IMG/VR virus record: IMGVR_UViG_3300044712_000538
Coordinates: 11,940 to 75,939 of that record
Source of the DNA: a virus
DNA length: 64,000 bases
Reading direction: 5' to 3' (one strand)
In this document: positions 8,387-15,629 of the stretch, in pieces
Layout of the letters: the number at the start of each line of letters is the position of its first letter
Numbering within the stretch: the first letter of the stretch is position 1
Made by a program: the position numbers and the translations under genes
The notes under the pieces: generated by a model
What the model was told of the DNA's origin: nothing
The model's input: only the letters and a program-made list of their open reading frames with translations
Databases searched by the model: none

Positions 8387-8773
8387 TCAATATTCGGAAG
8401 GTAATAACATCACTCCATCGGCAAAGTAAAACCGGATACTGCCATGGGGAAAATCGGTGAATCCGATACGCTGAGTGACAATAGGATCGCCACCGTTCCC
8501 GTCCGTGCATATGGCCGTTATTCCGTCCGTGGTCTTGCTCCTCTTAAAATCCCATACTTGGAAATGTTCGGCCCTAACTTTCGGGTTAGTCTGGTGGCTC
8601 ACTACTACATCGATCATCCAAAATGCACCCATGGTAGCGGCCACATATTGCACTCCGTCCGTGTGCATGGCTCTGCGGGTCCAATGGGGATAGTAGTGAT
8701 CGGTGCCGGTGAATTGCTGGAGGGCTGGCTCGTCGTTTGCATGGCTGGTGGGCCTCTTGGTCTTTGTCAACAT
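8387..8773 (-). CDS. DUF6876-like protein
   Basis: LQQFTGTDHYY..TDGVQYVA...AFWMID...FQVW...DGNG...QRI.FTDFP...MLLPSEY. Confidence 0.75.
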   Translation of the reverse strand: MLTKTKRPTSHANDEPALQQFTGTDHYYPHWTRRAMHTDGVQYVAATMGAFWMIDVVVSHQTNPKVRAEHFQVWDFKRSKTTDGITAICTDGNGGDPIVTQRIGFTDFPHGSIRFYFADGVMLLPSEY

Positions 8774-8799
8774 GGTATTTGGTTTGTGTGGTTAATGGC

Positions 8800-9015
8800 T
8801 CAATTATCTTTGCTGGTCAATGGCTTGTTGCATACATGGCAATATTCCTGCTCCTCTTCATAATCCGGATGGTCCTCCTTATAACTGAAACAGTTACCAC
8901 GGGTGTCTGGCCCATCGCCTAAATTGCCATACTCTTTTATGGCCTCTGCTTTGGTCGGAAAACATAAACGGCAAAAATCTAGGGGATCGCTTTCGCTGGT
9001 ATAAATTCTAGGCAT
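8800..9015 (-). CDS. Small Cys-containing hypothetical protein
   Basis: DFCRLC...HPDY...CHVCNKPL. Confidence 0.6.
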   Translation of the reverse strand: MPRIYTSESDPLDFCRLCFPTKAEAIKEYGNLGDGPDTRGNCFSYKEDHPDYEEEQEYCHVCNKPLTSKDN

Positions 9016-9035
9016 ATACTTTGGTTTTTGGTTTG

Positions 9036-9061
9036 AAAATAGGGCGGGATTTTCACCCGCC
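9036..9061 (-). terminator. Intrinsic terminator-like hairpin
   Basis: Minus GGCGGG-TGAAAAT-CCCGCC-CTATTTT. Confidence 0.5.
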
Positions 9062-9091
9062 TGATCTGGCTTCCATCCGTCCGGGAAAGGG

Positions 9092-9385
9092 CTAGAATAG
9101 CCCCCGGAATTTGTTTACTGACTGGTCGGCTATCATAGCCTCCAACTGGTTAATCTTCGCCTGTTGCAAATCAATCGTTTCACGCAGGGCGCTAATGGCT
9201 CTGTTTGCGTTGTCGAACTTCTTTCCCATATCCATCAGGTCCTCGGCGGCTTGCTGCTTGCCTTCTTCGCTGCCGTCTAACATAATGAGGACGTAAATAC
9301 CGGCAGCCTGTTCCCATGTCGGGGTCAGGTCGATTGCTTCTACCATCTGCCCGTTGTACTCTACCATTTTCGTGTTGTGTCCCAT
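9092..9385 (-). CDS. Hypothetical phage protein with coiled-coil tail
   Basis: Start at ATG 9385; IDLTPTW motif; first gene after promoter copy 3. Confidence 0.65.
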   Translation of the reverse strand: MGHNTKMVEYNGQMVEAIDLTPTWEQAAGIYVLIMLDGSEEGKQQAAEDLMDMGKKFDNANRAISALRETIDLQQAKINQLEAMIADQSVNKFRGLF

Positions 9386-9418
9386 GGTCGTGGTTTTGTG
9401 TTGTTGTAAATTTCCACT

Positions 9419-9527
9419 AAGATATAGCGCAGGATAGGCCATGTCAAGCTATAACTGGACAAGCGGCAAAATAACTTGATGAGCGGTAAATGCCAGGGAT
9501 GAGCGGTAAACGGGTATGATGAACGGT
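9419..9527 (-). promoter_or_regulatory. Early promoter copy 3 with four phased GATGAGCGGT boxes
   Basis: Minus TTGACA-N17-TATCTT; boxes start at 9458 (degenerate), 9478, 9498 and 9518, an exact 20-bp period. Confidence 0.75.
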
Positions 9528-9530
9528 AGG

Positions 9531-10166
9531 CTATTTCCGGGGCTGCATCATGCGCATAAATTCGGCGCCTGCCATTAGGATCAGGGCGGCGTTTGGGTCC
9601 TTGGCCGTGGTCTGGTGGCTGGCCTGCTCCATGGCTCGGGTGAACTGGTCAATGGTCCCGATGATCTTCTTGGCTATGGCCTGCCCTATTGGGGATAGCA
9701 TCCATTTATTCTTTGCTGGATGCAGGAAGTATTGCGGCCATTGGCGGCGAAGGCTATACATCCACCCGCCACCGTATTCTGGCCTCAGGTTAAATAGTGC
9801 GGACCATTGCCGGCCTGTTGCCGGTCGTCCTTCGTTGGCCTGCTGGGCATAATGCAGGGCCAATAACAGGCGCATGAATTGGGAGCGGTGGCCGATGGTC
9901 CTGCACATTACATCATGCCAAAGGAAAGCAGCGGATAGATAAGCGAGGTAATGGGATCGGTCCCGCTTGGTGTTTCTTCTCCCCCGCCTGAGCGGTTGGC
10001 CCGGCCATGGCGACCGGCCGAGGTATCCCGGCTGGCCCGGCTGGCGGGCTTGCCTTGGCCTCTTCTCTGGCTTCCTTGGTCCCTTGTCCTTTGCTCCCTT
10101 GGGTCTGCCCTTGGGCCTTTTCGGTGCCGGTTTCCCTCCGGTTTCTGCCATGTCATTATGTCCCAT
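9531..10166 (-). CDS. Basic putative DNA-binding protein (AT-hook-like N-terminus, possible winged helix)
   Basis: KRPKGRPKGAKDK; helix-rich core ending KWMLSPIGQAIAKKI, resembling a wHTH wing. Confidence 0.5.
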   Translation of the reverse strand: MGHNDMAETGGKPAPKRPKGRPKGAKDKGPRKPEKRPRQARQPGQPGYLGRSPWPGQPLRRGRRNTKRDRSHYLAYLSAAFLWHDVMCRTIGHRSQFMRLLLALHYAQQANEGRPATGRQWSALFNLRPEYGGGWMYSLRRQWPQYFLHPAKNKWMLSPIGQAIAKKIIGTIDQFTRAMEQASHQTTAKDPNAALILMAGAEFMRMMQPRK

Positions 10167-10216
10167 TTTTAGAGGATATTCAATAAAACGCCAATATTCT
10201 GAAATCAGCGTTATAA

Positions 10217-10235
10217 CTGATTGATTATCAATCAG
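10217..10235. repeat. Perfect inverted repeat adjacent to the dif-like site
   Basis: CTGATTGAT-T-ATCAATCAG. Confidence 0.85.
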
Positions 10236-10239
10236 GAAA

Positions 10240-10267
10240 TCTGCTAATAATTTCTATTATGTTAAAT
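10240..10267 (+). other. dif: XerC/XerD dif-like recombination site
   Basis: TCTGCTAATAA-TTTCTA-TTATGTTAAAT: 11-6-11 layout, XerD arm identical to canonical TTATGTTAAAT, XerC arm ends in ATAA. Confidence 0.85.
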
Positions 10268-10400
10268 AGGATGTAGTTCCCCGCTATGACTCCTGCCCGG
10301 CCGGTGGCCATGTCCTCCCTTCCATTTGTCTTCCCTTTTGCCCCTATATATGGCAGCGTGCAGGGTGCTGGTCGGCAAGTTTTTTGGCCATCGAAAATGG

Positions 10401-10556
10401 ACCCCACCCGGTTGCAGTTTTCGCGTTTCCCTTTCGCTGCGCGGCCCCCGGCTTTTTACGCGTTGGTGCGCCAGGTCAGCTACGGACTTCCGGGACCGTT
10501 TTTTTAATACTGGTTACAAATATGAATCTTTTCGTTGAAAAACAACCCCACCCGGT
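10401..10556 (+). repeat. 12-bp direct repeat ACCCCACCCGGT (x2) in the non-coding divergence region
   Basis: Copies at 10401-10412 and 10545-10556. Confidence 0.7.
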
Positions 10557-10778
10557 CTGATATTTTGGGTCCCCTTTTTGTGACAGTTTGTGTACGCGCC
10601 TGTTTTGGCTGGAATCCAATACCCGTAAGAGATACGGGTAGATCTTTGGTTCGGCTGCTGCAAGGGAAAATGTTACATATCCTTATTTGCCTATGGGCAA
10701 AAAAAACCCCCCTGGGGAGGGGGGAAATGATAGTGATCATTACTGAACACGACCGACTGCTTGAACAAAATTATTTTT

Positions 10779-10808
10779 TTGGTAGTTACCAGCAAAATTT
10801 TATTTTCG
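10779..10808 (+). promoter_or_regulatory. Bacteroidota sigma-A-type promoter
   Basis: TTG-N19-TATTTTCG. Confidence 0.55.
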
Positions 10809-10814
10809 TCGCCC

Positions 10815-11110
10815 GGCTGGAGTTTATCGGGACAAATATCTACGTTTTGGCCAGTCGCAGACGCTGTAAAAAGGGTGGTTCCAAGCAGCAAGGGCAGTCC
10901 GAGGGAAGAAGCCCGGAACCTGGGGATGGGAAACCCCATAAGTCGCTTCCGAGTAACGGCCCCCCATTGGCCGGGACCCCACACTATACGCGACCGACTG
11001 CCGGCGACGCATAGCGGGAGGACTGCCGCCGGTTAACCCCCGGTTTTAGGCATCGTCCTGTCCCACCTACCGCTCCCTCTTGCCAGTAACACTCCCTACC
11101 GAGTAGATCA
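10815..11110 (+). ncRNA. Candidate structured non-coding RNA (unclassified)
   Basis: Downstream of a promoter with no convincing ORF; nested helices GGCAGTCC/GGACTGCC (10893/11020), GTCGC/GCGAC (10942/10990), hairpins at 10921-10938 and 10957-10973. Confidence 0.35.
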
Positions 11111-11133
11111 AAAAAAAAGATTCTCCACATTGC

Positions 11134-11164
11134 TTGGAAATTTAAAAGTGCGGTCGTATTTTGC
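11134..11164 (+). promoter_or_regulatory. Bacteroidota-type promoter for the plus-strand arm, followed by a structured 5' leader
   Basis: TTG-N20-TATTTTGC; leader stem GGGCAGCGG/CCGCTGCCC at about 11207-11265. Confidence 0.5.
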
Positions 11165-11295
11165 ATGCGCTCGTCCGGGGAGAGCATTACAAGTGACCCG
11201 ACCAGGGGGCAGCGGAAATTAACCCACTATTTTTGGGGTCTGGATTTTTGAAGTACCCGCTGCCCTCTTAATTCCAAACCACAAAACGACAGATT

Positions 11296-11682
11296 ATGTC
11301 TGCAGATTCATCAGTACGCGACACTCGCGGGTTTTTCCCGGAAGAACAAATTGCTTATGTATGCCACTCCGCGAACAAGGCGTGGTGCGATCTCCATGGA
11401 GATTTTTCTCAAAAGCGTTGGGAGGATGCCGAGGAATGGCAGCGCCAGTCGGCTATTGCCGGGGTAAAATTCAGGCTGGAGAATCCCGGTGCCAGCCCGA
11501 AGATGCAGCATGAAGCCTGGCGGCAGGCGAAAGCGGCTGACGGATGGGTGTACGGGGAAGAGAAGGACGCGGAGAAAAAGACGCATCCCTGCATGGTCCC
11601 GTATGCTGAACTGCCCGAATTTCAGCGCCGGAAGGATGCGCTTTTCGCGGCTATCTGCAATGCTTTAACCGGCGAGATATGA
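11296..11682 (+). CDS. Stand-alone RyR (ryanodine receptor repeat) domain protein
   Basis: QHEAWRQAKAADGWVYGEEKDAEKKTHPCMVPYAELPEFQRRKD. Confidence 0.85.
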   Translation: MSADSSVRDTRGFFPEEQIAYVCHSANKAWCDLHGDFSQKRWEDAEEWQRQSAIAGVKFRLENPGASPKMQHEAWRQAKAADGWVYGEEKDAEKKTHPCMVPYAELPEFQRRKDALFAAICNALTGEI

Positions 11683-11858
11683 CGGACGAGCAAAGGGCGG
11701 TGCTGGCCGCTGCGGTTTCCGAAATCCGGCATAAGGTGGTGGAGGCTTTTGAGAACTGCGGCGCCAAAGAGAAATACTCTGCCATCATTTCCGACCAGTT
11801 TACCGGGAAATGGTTTCGGCTGACATTTGAAGAGGTCCCCCCAAATACTACTGCTTGA
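11679..11858 (+). CDS. Small hypothetical protein (59 aa, not in ORF track)
   Basis: ATGA overlap upstream and TGATG overlap downstream; MTDEQRAVLAAAVSEIRHKVVEAF... Confidence 0.6.
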   Translation: MTDEQRAVLAAAVSEIRHKVVEAFENCGAKEKYSAIISDQFTGKWFRLTFEEVPPNTTA

Positions 11859-12232
11859 TGGCTTACGTTCACGATGCCTCCGAGGTTGATCCGCTATTGA
11901 AGGAGCGGCTGGCTGCAGAAGTGGCCCGGCTGAAACGGCTCCATCCGACCTGGAAGCGGGCACGGCTTTATCGGAAGGCCGGGGAGCGGTACAATGTAAA
12001 TCTGGTTATTGAACCCTCAACCAAGGAAAAACTGACTTATGGAATTGCTGGACAACCGGGTAATGATACGCCCAATCAGAAAGGAAAAGATAACGGCCGG
12101 GGGGATCATAATCCCGGAAACGACAAAAAACATGAACCTATCGGTGGGGGAAGCCCTGTCGGTGGGGAAGACGGATTGGGTAAAGGAGGGGATGAAGATC
12201 TTGTACCTGGAGAACACGGGCAGCAAGATTGA
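11858..12232 (+). CDS. Hypothetical protein (3' half overlaps GroES)
   Basis: Coupled start; the N-terminal ~55 aa look protein-like. Confidence 0.5.
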   Translation: MAYVHDASEVDPLLKERLAAEVARLKRLHPTWKRARLYRKAGERYNVNLVIEPSTKEKLTYGIAGQPGNDTPNQKGKDNGRGDHNPGNDKKHEPIGGGSPVGGEDGLGKGGDEDLVPGEHGQQD

Positions 12233-12311
12233 CTGGAAGGGAGAGGTCGTCCAGGTTGTTTTCGAGGATGACGTTATTGCCATCGTGGATGACCCCGATG
12301 CTATTTTCTAA
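12039..12311 (+). CDS. groES: Co-chaperonin GroES-like protein
   Basis: LLDNRVMIRP..EKITAGGIIIPET...GEALSVG..VKEGMKILY..GSKI...VFEDDVIAIV. Confidence 0.88.
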   Translation: MELLDNRVMIRPIRKEKITAGGIIIPETTKNMNLSVGEALSVGKTDWVKEGMKILYLENTGSKIDWKGEVVQVVFEDDVIAIVDDPDAIF

Positions 12312-12327
12312 CCATAAAAAATGATCT

Positions 12328-12618
12328 ATGCTTACTGATGTGATCGACTACTCAAAAAAAAATGCGCTCGGCAATTCAAATCTGAATGGCCCTGAGCCGC
12401 CAGAAATGTCGGATTCTGACATGAAACTGATCGAAGAAATTGCGAATTTGATTTATGGCCGTGGGCCCGATGAAGGCAACTGGCTTTTCGAGAAAATTGC
12501 TCAATCCATTTTGAGGATGAGAGAAGAAGAAATTAAGCGACTGATAGCTGGCGTTCAAAAAGCAAATGAGCAAATCCGCATACTGGAGCAATCTTGCGAA
12601 CTGCTTGGAAAACGGTAA
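12328..12618 (+). CDS. Hypothetical coiled-coil protein
   Basis: 96-aa ORF in operon. Confidence 0.55.
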   Translation: MLTDVIDYSKKNALGNSNLNGPEPPEMSDSDMKLIEEIANLIYGRGPDEGNWLFEKIAQSILRMREEEIKRLIAGVQKANEQIRILEQSCELLGKR

Positions 12619-12634
12619 AAAAATGTTATTTTTG
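12605..12634 (+). promoter_or_regulatory. Consensus Bacteroidota sigma-A promoter
   Basis: TTG-N19-TATTTTTG, an exact TAnnTTTG. Confidence 0.7.
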
Positions 12635-12667
12635 AATCCCAACAGGTCAAGTTGGTTTTGTGGTTTC

Positions 12668-12698
12668 GGGGTACGTTTGGTCGCGTACCCCTTTTTTT
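12668..12698 (+). terminator. Intrinsic terminator
   Basis: GGGGTACG-8nt-CGTACCCC-TTTTTTT. Confidence 0.8.
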
Positions 12699-12716
12699 AT
12701 TCCAAAATTTATTGCC

Positions 12717-13598
12717 ATGGTACATACACCAGTTGATTACTGCCTTGTGAAGATTGACAGGGCTTTCCAGGACGAGATTATTACCGAGGGTGGCGTTAAG
12801 TTCTTTCTCGATACGTCATACCACCCTGAACATCATGCCACCATTACCGGGGAGCTGGTATCGGTCCCGAAACGGCTTGGGCCGGATTACCGCCAGCAGG
12901 GCAATTTCGTGAACATGGAGGCTGGCGACAAAATCTGCTTTTCGTATCTGGTTGTGTTCGACCGGGGCTTTGATGATACCGCGAAGCATTTTTACAAGGT
13001 CGAGGAGATTGAGGGTGTGATGCAGCTATGGGTGAACAATTCTTTCGAGAAAATCCGGATCACCCGGTTTGATGATATGGTGGCCGGGGTTTATACGAAT
13101 GAGGCCGGGTTGCTGGTGGACGGCATCCAGCACAAAGGGCACCGTGCATGGGATGTGGTTCAGGCATGGCTTGGAAAATTCAGCCTGGAGGGAAGCGCCA
13201 TCATAAACTACAACAATGCCCTTGAAATTGACGGAGATGTGTACTGGCGCTGCGACTGGCGGTATGTGTTTTTTAAAGTGGATCGGCTTGTGAGTGAATC
13301 TGGCGAGCAGCTTCGGCAGGAGATCACCATGGCACCGGGATACTGTCTGGTGTTCCCGGAATCTCGGCAGACTGAATACCAAGGAAGGATCGAACTCCTG
13401 CAGCCGGTGCTTTCAAATTACACGGCTGAAAGTGCCGGCCGCGTCATCGCCAACGGACCGACATTGTGGGGCCGTAAAGAGTACGGATTGAAAAATGGCG
13501 ACAAGATCTTGTTCGATAAAAACTTCGCTGAAAAGTATGTCATAAATGGACAGGAAGTGCTTATTTTGAAGCATCGCTACATTATTGCGAAACTGTGA
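12717..13598 (+). CDS. Protein with GroES-like folds at both ends (crAss-like conserved gene)
   Basis: Start at ATG 12717; N-terminal EIITEGGVKFFLD..GELVSVP..GDKICFSY; C-terminal GRVIANG..LKNGDKILF..YVINGQEVLILKHRYIIA. Confidence 0.6.
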   Translation: MVHTPVDYCLVKIDRAFQDEIITEGGVKFFLDTSYHPEHHATITGELVSVPKRLGPDYRQQGNFVNMEAGDKICFSYLVVFDRGFDDTAKHFYKVEEIEGVMQLWVNNSFEKIRITRFDDMVAGVYTNEAGLLVDGIQHKGHRAWDVVQAWLGKFSLEGSAIINYNNALEIDGDVYWRCDWRYVFFKVDRLVSESGEQLRQEITMAPGYCLVFPESRQTEYQGRIELLQPVLSNYTAESAGRVIANGPTLWGRKEYGLKNGDKILFDKNFAEKYVINGQEVLILKHRYIIAKL

Positions 13599-14260
13599 TG
13601 GATCTAAAATTTCTTCACGACTTCCTGAATTTCATAGCTGACAAAGAGATGGGCGGCATGATCCCGCATGATGAGATTGATATGGCTCTTCATGTCACCA
13701 GCATTCAGCTATTCAACGACTACAAGAAGGTGTATGACCTGAGCCAGGACGCGAAGGATGCGCTTTCTCCGTTCATGCGAAAGAAGCAATATACCTCTTC
13801 CGCAAAATGGGAAGTTCCGCAAGATTGCGGTTTCATTCTTTCCGCGATCCCTCAATTCTACAATAACGCATTGGGTAAAAACGTGTACGGCGTAAATCGC
13901 CTGATTACCGAAACTGAGTTTGCATCGCGGATGAACTCCCAGGTCCGGCCGGTGTCGGCCACCAAGCCGATATGTGTTCAGGAATGGGGCGAGGAGAAGC
14001 AGGCCGTTGTTTGGTATCCTGCAGGAGAATATTCCGGGACCATTTTTTACCTAAAATATCCCACCAAGCCAAAATACGTTTTCACCGTCAATGAAACGAC
14101 CAGGAAGGAAACGTACATAGAGGGGAAAAGCACGACATTCGAGTGGAGTGAGGCTGACATAAACCGGATCATCTACCGGGCGGCACCGATCCTGGGCTTA
14201 ACCATTGATGACAATGCCCTGATCCAGTATTCCATGCAACGTAAAATGGAAAATGCATGA
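13598..14260 (+). CDS. Putative tail tubular/ring protein
   Basis: EIDMALH..Q.F...LSPF..YLKYP.KP pattern; one of three ~210-250-aa genes before the stabilisation protein, as in crAss-like phages. Confidence 0.6.
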   Translation: MDLKFLHDFLNFIADKEMGGMIPHDEIDMALHVTSIQLFNDYKKVYDLSQDAKDALSPFMRKKQYTSSAKWEVPQDCGFILSAIPQFYNNALGKNVYGVNRLITETEFASRMNSQVRPVSATKPICVQEWGEEKQAVVWYPAGEYSGTIFYLKYPTKPKYVFTVNETTRKETYIEGKSTTFEWSEADINRIIYRAAPILGLTIDDNALIQYSMQRKMENA

Positions 14261-14889
14261 CAAGGTATTATCTGGCTGAACAAGTCATACTGTCGCTCAA
14301 AGGGGGGAAATACCACGTTTCTTCCTCCATTGAGATTGATGATGTGATCGCGTACATGCGGACCATCATGCCGGGGATCGTCAAGCAGGAGTGGTTTCAG
14401 ATGGCCAATGCCCCGGAAGGGGAAACGCTGCCGCAAAATCTGGCCCTGTCCCTGCATGAGAATATCCCGGTCGAGCCGAAGGGGAAACGCTGGATCTCAA
14501 AATTGCCGGTTATGCCGGTATTCCTGCCCCGGAACATGGGCGTGTTTGAAATTTACAACCCGGACGATCCGGACTGTGTTTACATCCCGATCCTTCCGGG
14601 CCTGTGGACCAGCTTCGTGAAAGACAAGCTGATCTCCGATGCCGGTGGCCAGATTTTCTATGAAACATACGGCAACATCGTGGAGTACAAGGTAAATCCG
14701 AAGGTGAACGCGGTAAGCATGAAGCTGGTGATTCAGGATATTTCATCGTATAGCGATAATGATCTCCTGCCGATTTCGGCCGATCATGCCAAGATCGCCA
14801 TCGACCAGGCGTTTCAGTATTTCGCCAACCAGCGGCCCCCGGCCCCAATCTCCGATCCGACAACAGACACTCAATTCCGTAGGCAATGA
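14257..14889 (+). CDS. Putative tail ring/structural protein
   Basis: Synteny, size, coupled start. Confidence 0.55.
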   Translation: MTRYYLAEQVILSLKGGKYHVSSSIEIDDVIAYMRTIMPGIVKQEWFQMANAPEGETLPQNLALSLHENIPVEPKGKRWISKLPVMPVFLPRNMGVFEIYNPDDPDCVYIPILPGLWTSFVKDKLISDAGGQIFYETYGNIVEYKVNPKVNAVSMKLVIQDISSYSDNDLLPISADHAKIAIDQAFQYFANQRPPAPISDPTTDTQFRRQ

Positions 14890-15629
14890 GTTTTATATCG
14901 ATTGACTATATCGCATCAAAATGGCTGGTGGACCGGCGATACCCGAAGCACTGGTATGTCGATGCCATCGGCTATATTTCAAACTGGCTCCGCGAATCGC
15001 AGCTTCATTCGCTGCCGATGATCGAGTCCCATACCATTACCCTGAACTCCTACAAGGCTGGTCCGCTGCCCTGCGGATACCTGTCGTGGGTCCGGGTGGG
15101 CATCAAGGACGGACAGTTTATCAAGCCGATTGCTGGCCGCCAGGGGTTGATCAATACCGTCAACACGGACGAAAACGGCAATAAGGTTCCACATGGAACA
15201 TCGGAGATTACCGAGGAGGAAGGATACCGAATGTACTGGCTGGAGAATTTGGGGACCTACGGGGAAGATCTCGGCCGGCAGTACGGCGGCAGCGGGGATG
15301 ATACCGGCCTTTTCAAGATCATGAAGGAGCGGAACGAGATCCAGATGGTCGAAACTTACACGGAAGATACCGTGTATATGGACTGTCTGGTGTCGCTGAA
15401 CAATGCCAAATTTTTCTCCAAAATCGACGAAATGTGCCTCCCGGCCGCAAAGTCGTTCGCTGACTGGCAGCATGAGCGCAACCGGAAGACGCGGAACGAA
15501 ACCGTTGTGAGGGAAGCTGAGGCCCGCTACCGCGAGCATATGCGTATCCTCCGGGCCAATATGTTCGACTACGGAATGGCCGACATTATCAATATCTGGT
15601 ATCAAAGCGTAAAAGGGTCGCCTAAATGA
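14886..15629 (+). CDS. Putative tail ring/structural protein
   Basis: LPCGYLSWVRVG motif, synteny. Confidence 0.55.
   Translation: MSFISIDYIASKWLVDRRYPKHWYVDAIGYISNWLRESQLHSLPMIESHTITLNSYKAGPLPCGYLSWVRVGIKDGQFIKPIAGRQGLINTVNTDENGNKVPHGTSEITEEEGYRMYWLENLGTYGEDLGRQYGGSGDDTGLFKIMKERNEIQMVETYTEDTVYMDCLVSLNNAKFFSKIDEMCLPAAKSFADWQHERNRKTRNETVVREAEARYREHMRILRANMFDYGMADIINIWYQSVKGSPK

Noticed and set aside
9458-9527. 20-bp-period repeats as a CRISPR mini-array
   Set aside because: Repeat 10-13 bp and spacers 7-10 bp are far too short; no cas genes; the same boxes sit at a fixed distance from promoter elements elsewhere
10535-11014. 159-aa plus-strand ORF in the divergence region
   Set aside because: TTG start, crosses homopolymer tracts and a promoter, not protein-like
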